Source: Candidatus Babeliales bacterium (GTDB lineage: Bacteria > Babelota > Babeliae > Babelales > JBFXEV01). Taken from it: a DNA stretch of 64,000 bases. A program made the translations under genes and the position numbers. The notes beneath the pieces are model-generated. The model was not told the DNA's origin, searched no databases, and saw only the letters and a program-made list of their open reading frames with translations. The first letter of the stretch is position 1, and every line of letters begins with the position of its first letter. The stretch covers positions 841,994 through 905,993 of the forward strand of contig JBFXEV010000001.1 of NCBI GenBank assembly GCA_050179755.1, in the 5' to 3' direction. This document shows positions 57,336 to 64,000 of the stretch, piece by piece.

Positions 57336-60300
57336 GGGGCGCAGTGCTTGTATAAAAAAGGCTGCAAGCGCACAGCAAAGAACTATGGTCAATAAGGTAC
57401 CAAGCCATATACCAGGGTAAGCGTTAAGTAATGCATCTTGCACTGCATCAATGCTCAAGTGTGTAGCAATAAGTATTGGTACAATGCAATAATTAAAGCG
57501 TAGAGCAACATAGTATACCGCAAATAATATCATGCCAATGCCCCAGCCAACAAGTAACCATACAAGCAATGATGACGATGGTTCAAAGCCTGCAAAAGCA
57601 ATGCCAAGGAGTATGCACACCAGGGTAAGATAACCATAGTTTTTGCGCCCGTAATCACTGAGCATATTAAGGCCATGAAGTATAAAAAGACTTATAAGTG
57701 TTGAGGCAATCATAGTGGTAGCCGTTCGTAACCCCATACTCAGCCACGGTAAATAAGCACCGGCATTACTAATATCAAGCCAGAGCGGTTTGCGTTGAGG
57801 CAGTGCCCAACTTGCAAAAGCGGTAGCGCCTGAAATCAACAAAGCAATACTTATACCCTGTAGCAATGTTTGTACAAGAGATTTAGAGCATCGGCCTTTA
57901 AGTAGGCCAATCGTATACCCTGCAAGCCATCCAAGAAACACCGTAATACCAACAGTTTGAATGAAAGTCATTGCAATTAGCATGCCCACTTGCCGCAGAT
58001 ACGGCGCGCTGGTGGCAAAGTCTATAGTGAGTACTGGCCAGAGGTTCCATAATTGTATGCAGGTTTTAAGCACCAGCAGCAAGACTGTAATAAGTGCAAA
58101 ACGCACGGCAAAAGGGTGAATTGGCCGTCTTCGTATAATAAGACCTGCCAGTAGCATCATCAGCGCCACCAAAAGAATAAGCGAACCATTTTTGACAAGT
58201 TGTTCTAATTTTGTTTCAAATTCATACGCACGCTCCCATGTTTCGGGAATATGCAGTACGCGGTCATGACTGGTAATTTGGTCACCGCCAAGAGTGATGC
58301 GTATACGCAGTTGACCTTCACCCAGATCAGGGCCTTGTTTGAGGCGATAGATAAATTCCCAATCTTTTCGATTAGGTTGTTTTTCTTCGCGAGCTGAAAC
58401 TTCTACTACGTCGTCAGGGGTTACATTGTAACGCGTTTTTAGAACTTCATGCGTCATTGCGCGTGCTTGGTCTTGTGTTAGAGTTGCACCTTCTTGTTCT
58501 TTTGGTAGTACGTGTTGATATTCCACAACAGAACCATCATGGCCCACGTATATATCATATTCTTCGGCACTTTTTGCAATATCCGGTGCATCAAATTCTG
58601 CGCTTCTTACTTTCCAATGAGGTGCCATTATAAACTTGCCATCTAGTTCATTATAAATTTCTTTGCCCTTGGTGCGCCATACAAAGAGGTTATCTTTGGT
58701 GAGTTTGCCCCCCACATTTGAAAGTACGCTTAGTTCTTTTGGTATAGTAAGATTAAACTCCTGAGCTGATTGATGTGCACGTTCTACTGCTTGTTCGCGT
58801 GTTATGCTCAGTGGTTTTACGTCTTGGGCTTTATGTCTGAGCAGGCCCCATGTAGTCAATCCAAGTAAGCCTATAAAAAGAATAGGTAGGCGATAGAGTG
58901 AAGGTTGTATTGGTTCTTTATGCATTGGGTCTTCCTTTGCCGCAGCGCCTTGCATAGGGGATTGCCATAATCCGTTGTACCAACGTTCTGATAACGTGTG
59001 GAATCTGCCTTTTACAATGCGTGCGTACAGCAATACCATTAGCGGCACAAGACCGCATAAAATAACTATTGCTTTATTTACTATGCTACCCGGTGCATCA
59101 GAAATAAAAATGGGTAACGCCATGAGAATAAGATCATATATGACGTGTGATATAATGGCAGGAATCAAGCCAAAAGCAAGGTACAATCCGCCAAATACAA
59201 ACGATGGAATAATAAGTTCTACCAAACGAGCATACGCAGGCTGTGCAGGGTAACTTGCATGCGCTCCTGCAAAAATGATAGCTTGTAAAATCATGGCGCC
59301 ACCAAGCCACAAATATTTTTTGCCAAACCGTTTTGCAAGAAGCATTGCGCTTGCAAGGGGTACGGCGCGGAATAAGCATTCTTCCCAGAACCCTGCACGT
59401 AATGCAGTAATAACTGATGAAAACCAAGGTGCGTAACTTGCAAGCACGTTGGGGTCAATCAATGTATCGGCAGGTGACCACCAACCAAGATATTTAAAGG
59501 AAAGTAAATAAAATAAGGTGACAAAAATAAAATCAAATCCAACCATAAGATAGCCGCCGATTGTTCTGCCCACAATCTGCCATGATGAAGCTACTTCAGG
59601 GTCTGCAGATGGCCATAATTGTACTTGATTAGGGAACGCCTTGCGTGTTAAGTTTTCTGCTGCCATAAAGCTGAGGTAGAGCATTAAAAACGTAGACCCA
59701 AATGACATTAATATCGATTGTACGATGCTGAGTATAAACGTAAGTGTGGAAGTAGTAGTTTGGTAATACATCCACCAGAGTGAATAGTTATTAACCATAC
59801 TGAGCGCCATACCAAGCGCAATAAATAATGCCCAATAAAACGGAGCTCGTGAGATTAACCAATGACGGTTTGATCGTACTAAAAGAATAAGCCCCAAAAT
59901 GCAACCAAGTAAAATATACAGCAAAAACATTGCAGCGCTGGACCACGTGGCAATACTATTATTGGCAGAACGCATACAGGCATAGCGGCGCTCAAAAGAT
60001 TCTGGAATTTTTAAATCAACCATTGTTTTGGTTGGTTTGTTACCCGAGATTCGAATTGTTACGCGATACGGCGCATCAGCAATTTTTGCATCGGTGCGTT
60101 CATAGACAAGCGTATGGTCAATGCGGCCGTTTGGCTTTTCTTCTGTAGAATGTTCTACGAGCATATGTTTGCTAAAATCAATAAACCAGTTGGTGCTTGC
60201 AGATTCCTGTGCAAGTTGCTCAGCTTGCGCTTTATCAAGATTAGGCAGTTCCATGCTATCAGGTAGTAATTCTCTAAAGCCGTATGGTCTGCCATCAGGC

Positions 60301-60671
60301 ATAAAAAATATCATGGCTTCATGTTTTTCCATTGGTTTAAAATGGCGCACTTGCCAGTAATAGGGCGCAAAATATTCTTCTTTAATGACGTCGCGGAATT
60401 TCTCTACACCGCCAGCCTCAAGCTGAATATATATTTTTGCTTTATCATCACTTGCAAATATGATCGCTTGGCGATGTTCTTGTGGCCCAATGTTATGAGC
60501 TGTGGTAATTTCTTGCGCTCTGGCAAGAGCAGATGATCTATCCATAGTAAGATCAATAGAGACTATGGGAAACGCTATCGGAAAGAGTTGAAACGCAGCA
60601 TAAGCCAAACTAAACGAGATTGCTGTTGCCAGTACCCAGAACCATGATTTATTAAAGATAGTTGCTTGCAT
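57324..60671 (-). CDS. Large CPBP (CAAX/Abi) family intramembrane metalloprotease with duplicated extracytoplasmic domain
   Basis: WEECLFR, FAGAHA, HVIYD motifs; two similar soluble domains (KIPESFERRY / HIPETWERAY). Confidence 0.85.
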   Translation of the reverse strand: MQATIFNKSWFWVLATAISFSLAYAAFQLFPIAFPIVSIDLTMDRSSALARAQEITTAHNIGPQEHRQAIIFASDDKAKIYIQLEAGGVEKFRDVIKEEYFAPYYWQVRHFKPMEKHEAMIFFMPDGRPYGFRELLPDSMELPNLDKAQAEQLAQESASTNWFIDFSKHMLVEHSTEEKPNGRIDHTLVYERTDAKIADAPYRVTIRISGNKPTKTMVDLKIPESFERRYACMRSANNSIATWSSAAMFLLYILLGCILGLILLVRSNRHWLISRAPFYWALFIALGMALSMVNNYSLWWMYYQTTTSTLTFILSIVQSILMSFGSTFLMLYLSFMAAENLTRKAFPNQVQLWPSADPEVASSWQIVGRTIGGYLMVGFDFIFVTLFYLLSFKYLGWWSPADTLIDPNVLASYAPWFSSVITALRAGFWEECLFRAVPLASAMLLAKRFGKKYLWLGGAMILQAIIFAGAHASYPAQPAYARLVELIIPSFVFGGLYLAFGLIPAIISHVIYDLILMALPIFISDAPGSIVNKAIVILCGLVPLMVLLYARIVKGRFHTLSERWYNGLWQSPMQGAAAKEDPMHKEPIQPSLYRLPILFIGLLGLTTWGLLRHKAQDVKPLSITREQAVERAHQSAQEFNLTIPKELSVLSNVGGKLTKDNLFVWRTKGKEIYNELDGKFIMAPHWKVRSAEFDAPDIAKSAEEYDIYVGHDGSVVEYQHVLPKEQEGATLTQDQARAMTHEVLKTRYNVTPDDVVEVSAREEKQPNRKDWEFIYRLKQGPDLGEGQLRIRITLGGDQITSHDRVLHIPETWERAYEFETKLEQLVKNGSLILLVALMMLLAGLIIRRRPIHPFAVRFALITVLLLVLKTCIQLWNLWPVLTIDFATSAPYLRQVGMLIAMTFIQTVGITVFLGWLAGYTIGLLKGRCSKSLVQTLLQGISIALLISGATAFASWALPQRKPLWLDISNAGAYLPWLSMGLRTATTMIASTLISLFILHGLNMLSDYGRKNYGYLTLVCILLGIAFAGFEPSSSLLVWLLVGWGIGMILFAVYYVALRFNYCIVPILIATHLSIDAVQDALLNAYPGIWLGTLLTIVLCCALAAFFIQALRPSRA

Positions 60672-60745
60672 TAATGACCCTTTAATTCATAAAAAGAATT
60701 TCTATTTCTTCTTTAAGGATAGTTGGGCCAAAAAAAATAAGCAAT

Positions 60746-60778
60746 AAAAGAGCGAGTGTTATGGTGTAACACTCGCTC
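60746..60778 (-). terminator. Intrinsic terminator after 60813..61379
   Basis: gagcgagtgtta-tggtg-taacactcgctc, followed by TTTT on the minus strand. Confidence 0.75.
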
Positions 60779-60812
60779 ATAAAGTTATGTGGTCAGATTT
60801 ATATGTTGAGAA

Positions 60813-61379
60813 TTAGTCAGCGTTCAAGTTCATGCCGTCAAGAACCATTGCAATGAGTTCTTCGTTTTCTTCATCATCTGGGCTAGAATTTTCAGGAACT
60901 GCAGGAGCTACAGGCGCTGCAAGTACCAAGGGCGCTCGTAAAGCCTCTGCCCACTGAGTGAGTTGATTAAACGAGCGTTTTTGTTTTATCAGATGAGTAG
61001 GAATCGCGCTTTTACAACGTGCAAGAGCAACAAAGTAGACAGGAGGTAAAAAGCCATCTTCTTCATACGCTTGTCTGTATTCTTGGTAAAACTGCTGATA
61101 AAGCGCCTTGTAATGATTTATGGCTGCTTGATGTGTCTGCTTTTCATCGAGAGCTTCAGCGCAAGCAGTAAGTTCTACCCCAATAGGTTTTGGTAAAGAA
61201 TTATGCTTATTTTCATTTTTTCTTGAATTTCGTTTAGACTTTGTTGCTCGTTCAATCTGTTCTTTTTTTGGTGCACGGCGATCGGTAAGATCCCGCGAAT
61301 TGCTGCGTTTCATAGCATTTATTTGAAAGCAAACAGTAATAATGGCACTAAGAGTTATGAGTAAGTTTTTGTTTTTCAT
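60813..61379 (-). CDS. Secreted hypothetical protein with basic N-terminus and acidic tail
   Basis: INA-MKR; K/R-rich stretch; core shared with 61389..61763. Confidence 0.75.
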   Translation of the reverse strand: MKNKNLLITLSAIITVCFQINAMKRSNSRDLTDRRAPKKEQIERATKSKRNSRKNENKHNSLPKPIGVELTACAEALDEKQTHQAAINHYKALYQQFYQEYRQAYEEDGFLPPVYFVALARCKSAIPTHLIKQKRSFNQLTQWAEALRAPLVLAAPVAPAVPENSSPDDEENEELIAMVLDGMNLNAD

Positions 61380-61388
61380 GTGGATATC

Positions 61389-61763
61389 CTATAACGATAC
61401 TTCGTCAAAAATTTCATCGGTGCTGAGAGACTCATTCGTTTTTGGTTTGTTTTGAGGCGCTTTCAGCATTTTAGTGACAATTTTTAAATTACCAAATTTA
61501 CCTTTAAGGCGTAGTTGATCTTGCGGCACTTGGTTGTAATACTTTTCAAGTTCCTGATAAAAATAGCCTGGTAAGTAAGCACGGCATTGTTGTGCCGCTC
61601 GGTACTGTGAATTAAGAAGATAAAACGCTTCTTGTAGCTGATTTTCTTGTGCAGGAGACCAAGTAAGCTGAGTTGTTTGTTTTGGTGCTTTTTCCATAGC
61701 CATTGATTCCGCTGATAAGGCAGTGAAAGCTAAAAATAATAGAATACGTGATATATGTTTCAT
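61389..61763 (-). CDS. Secreted hypothetical protein, paralog of 60813..61379
   Basis: AGGAG RBS; SMA-MEK; YRAA....YLP...Y..L......P......F..L core. Confidence 0.75.
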   Translation of the reverse strand: MKHISRILLFLAFTALSAESMAMEKAPKQTTQLTWSPAQENQLQEAFYLLNSQYRAAQQCRAYLPGYFYQELEKYYNQVPQDQLRLKGKFGNLKIVTKMLKAPQNKPKTNESLSTDEIFDEVSL

Positions 61764-61864
61764 GCTAGTCTCCTAGTATTAAAAGAGATGAATATTAATA
61801 AATCTTGGTATAGGAATAGTGTATCAGAAATTGCCAAATAGTCAAGTTTTGCATAAGGCTTTAG

Positions 61865-63202
61865 TTATTCTGAAAATAGCTCTAAAAGCTCGTAAACAGA
61901 GCTAAATTGGCGTAATTTTACACTGCTTTTCATGCCCTTTGCTTTGGCAGTAAAAAGTGTTTCTATGCCAAATTTTTCGGCTTCGTTCATATGGAGTTGC
62001 ATGCGATTAGTTGGTTTTATGTCACCGGTTAGGCTCATTTCACCAAGCACTAAAGATTTATGCGCAAGCGGCTTTTGATAGTAGCTTGAAAGGAGTGCCA
62101 TGGCGATTGCAAGATCTGCCGCACTTTCCTTAATTTTAAAGCCGCCACTCACTTTAAAAAAGATATCTTGTTCAGATAGTTTAATGCGTAAATATTTTTC
62201 CAAGATGGCAGCAATAAGCACTACTTGTTTGTGATCAATACCAGAGATCACGCGTTGTGGTATGCCAAATTTACTTGGCACGGTAAGCGCTTGCAATTCA
62301 AGCATCAAAGGGCGTGAGCCTTCAAGAGTGCTTGTGAGCACTGAGCCTGGCGCAAACGTGGCTTGTTCAAGCAATATTTGATTAATGTTGGGAACTTCTT
62401 GCAGGCCTTGTTCTTCCATTTGAAAAAAACCAAGTTCATGTATGGGGCCAAAACGGTTTTTAACAGAACGTAAAATACGTATGTGGTATTGATCTTCACC
62501 TTGCAAATAAAATACGCCATCTACCATATGTTCAAGCATCTTAGGTCCTGCAATATGGCCTTCTTTGGTTATGTGTCCTGTTAAAATAGTTGCAATGTTA
62601 TGTTCTTTTGCAAGCCGCATTAAATGGAACGCAGATTCGCGCAATTGCCCAACGCTACCAGGTATTGTATGCGTGTCGCCAGAAAAGCAATTTTGAATTG
62701 AATCAACTACAATAAGCGTGGGTTTTTGTTGCTCGCATGTTGCAATAATAGATCCCAAGTTTGCTTGATCAGAAAATAATATGTTGTTATTCAAGCAATT
62801 AAGGCGTTGGGCTCTCCCGCGCACTTGTTCAAGAGATTCTTCAGATGAAAAATAAAGTACGTGGTGATCTTGCGCCAATTGATGTACCACTTGCAAAAGA
62901 AGCGTTGATTTACCAATGCCCGGATCACCCGTTAGAATAAGGAGAGAGCCTGGCACAATGCCGCCGCCCATTACGCGATCCCATTCGCCAATATGTGAAA
63001 GTATGCGCGTATGCGTAAGCGGGCTTACCTCTTGCAAATTTGTTAATGCTAACGCTCCACTGGTAGAGCCCACTTTAGAAGAAAGCGTGGGTTGCAATTC
63101 GGTAATGCTGCCCCATTCATTGCATTCTGAGCAACAGCCAATCCATTTTGGTGGGCGGTAATCGCAATTGGTGCAGTAAAATTTAATTGTTTGTTTGGCC
63201 AT
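61865..63202 (-). CDS. radA: DNA repair protein RadA/Sms
   Basis: C4 zinc finger, GDPGIGKST, IAGPKMLEHMVD, KNRFG; start MAKQ (track start 63238). Confidence 0.97.
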   Translation of the reverse strand: MAKQTIKFYCTNCDYRPPKWIGCCSECNEWGSITELQPTLSSKVGSTSGALALTNLQEVSPLTHTRILSHIGEWDRVMGGGIVPGSLLILTGDPGIGKSTLLLQVVHQLAQDHHVLYFSSEESLEQVRGRAQRLNCLNNNILFSDQANLGSIIATCEQQKPTLIVVDSIQNCFSGDTHTIPGSVGQLRESAFHLMRLAKEHNIATILTGHITKEGHIAGPKMLEHMVDGVFYLQGEDQYHIRILRSVKNRFGPIHELGFFQMEEQGLQEVPNINQILLEQATFAPGSVLTSTLEGSRPLMLELQALTVPSKFGIPQRVISGIDHKQVVLIAAILEKYLRIKLSEQDIFFKVSGGFKIKESAADLAIAMALLSSYYQKPLAHKSLVLGEMSLTGDIKPTNRMQLHMNEAEKFGIETLFTAKAKGMKSSVKLRQFSSVYELLELFSE

Positions 63203-63256
63203 TCTACTTGGCCTCAATGTGGAAACCATTAAGAGCAACGTTCATGGCCAGTTGTG

Positions 63257-63290
63257 CCCTTCGTCCTTCGACAAGCTCAGGATGAGCGGA
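63257..63290. repeat. REP-like palindromic element
   Basis: cccttcgtccttcgacaagctcaggatgagcgga; inverted match to 4445-4458. Confidence 0.6.
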
Positions 63291-63355
63291 TTTTAGCCAA
63301 GTAGGGTTAAGGCTACGAAGAATTACGCGCAATAGTACAGTCGTGGTGCGCTTCA

Positions 63356-63952
63356 TTATAGCTGTGGCATTTCGTCAATTTGATGGCACGATCTGCAACG
63401 AGCTTGGTATTGTTCTTCAGCGCCGATCACAATGAGTGGATCATCATGGCGTGCTGGTTTTCCATTAACAAGACGTTGGGTAAAGTGTGCATTTTTGCCG
63501 CAGTGGATGCAGATTGCTTGTAACTTTGTTACGTTATCTGCGATAGCCATAAGCGTGGGAATACAACCAAATGGTTTGCCACGAAAATCAAGATCCAATC
63601 CCGCAACAAGCACGCGTTTTCCTCGGTTTACTAAATCGCATATTACTTGTATTATCGACATATCAAAAAATTGTACTTCATCAATACCAACTACCGTGAC
63701 ATTGCTGGTGGTAAGTTCAAGTATGTCTTGAGGTTTTTCAAGTGGAATTGCTTTTAACTTACTGCCGCAATGCGATACAACATATTCAATAGTAGAGCGA
63801 TTATCAAGGCTATGTTTAAAAACAAGAACATTTTGTTTTGCAAGTTCTGCCCGCTTGAGTCTGCGAATTAACTCTTCAGATTTTCCAGAGAACATTGATC
63901 CGCAAATAATTTCTAAACTTCCTTTTTGTACTTCTTCATGCATGGCCGTCAT
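63356..63952 (-). CDS. tdk: Thymidine kinase
   Basis: GSMFSGKSEELIRR, IDEVQFF, GLDLDFRGKPFG, CxxC pairs, YQARCR. Confidence 0.97.
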   Translation of the reverse strand: MTAMHEEVQKGSLEIICGSMFSGKSEELIRRLKRAELAKQNVLVFKHSLDNRSTIEYVVSHCGSKLKAIPLEKPQDILELTTSNVTVVGIDEVQFFDMSIIQVICDLVNRGKRVLVAGLDLDFRGKPFGCIPTLMAIADNVTKLQAICIHCGKNAHFTQRLVNGKPARHDDPLIVIGAEEQYQARCRSCHQIDEMPQL

Positions 63953-64000
63953 AAATATCCTTTAGTATTTTTTTGCTTTTCGTTGTGTAAGAGTTCGTGC

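Overview
AT-rich bacterial chromosome segment. Ankyrin arrays, many small signal-peptide proteins, WD40/beta-solenoid surface proteins, an OPT transporter and the 16S sequence suggest a protist-infecting Ca. Babelota (Dependentiae/TM6)-type bacterium; this is an inference to confirm by 16S search. Layout: (1) 1-6.7 kb: ankyrin proteins, tRNA-Leu, HIT gene. (2) DMT and OPT transporters. (3) A ~27.5 kb tightly packed + strand run (9609-37139): three paralogous secreted beta-solenoid proteins (one with a WD40 insert), a 4835-aa coiled-coil fibre with two copies of an unrecognised ~330-aa domain, a probable outer-membrane barrel, two secreted helical proteins, then sbtA-sbtB. (4) Five Inc-like hairpin membrane proteins. 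(5) A Trp/Tyr-type ABC importer operon preceded by an uncalled Trp-containing 30-aa leader ORF. (6) A truncated polymorphic toxin with intact and decayed immunity genes. (7) prfB, gmk and a full rrn operon (16S-Ile-Ala-23S-5S). (8) Small secreted proteins, ogt, GNAT, a large CPBP protease, radA, tdk. Best candidates for new biology: the giant-fibre/barrel locus, a Met at +1 after the signal peptide in 11 putative effectors, and the putative Trp attenuator.
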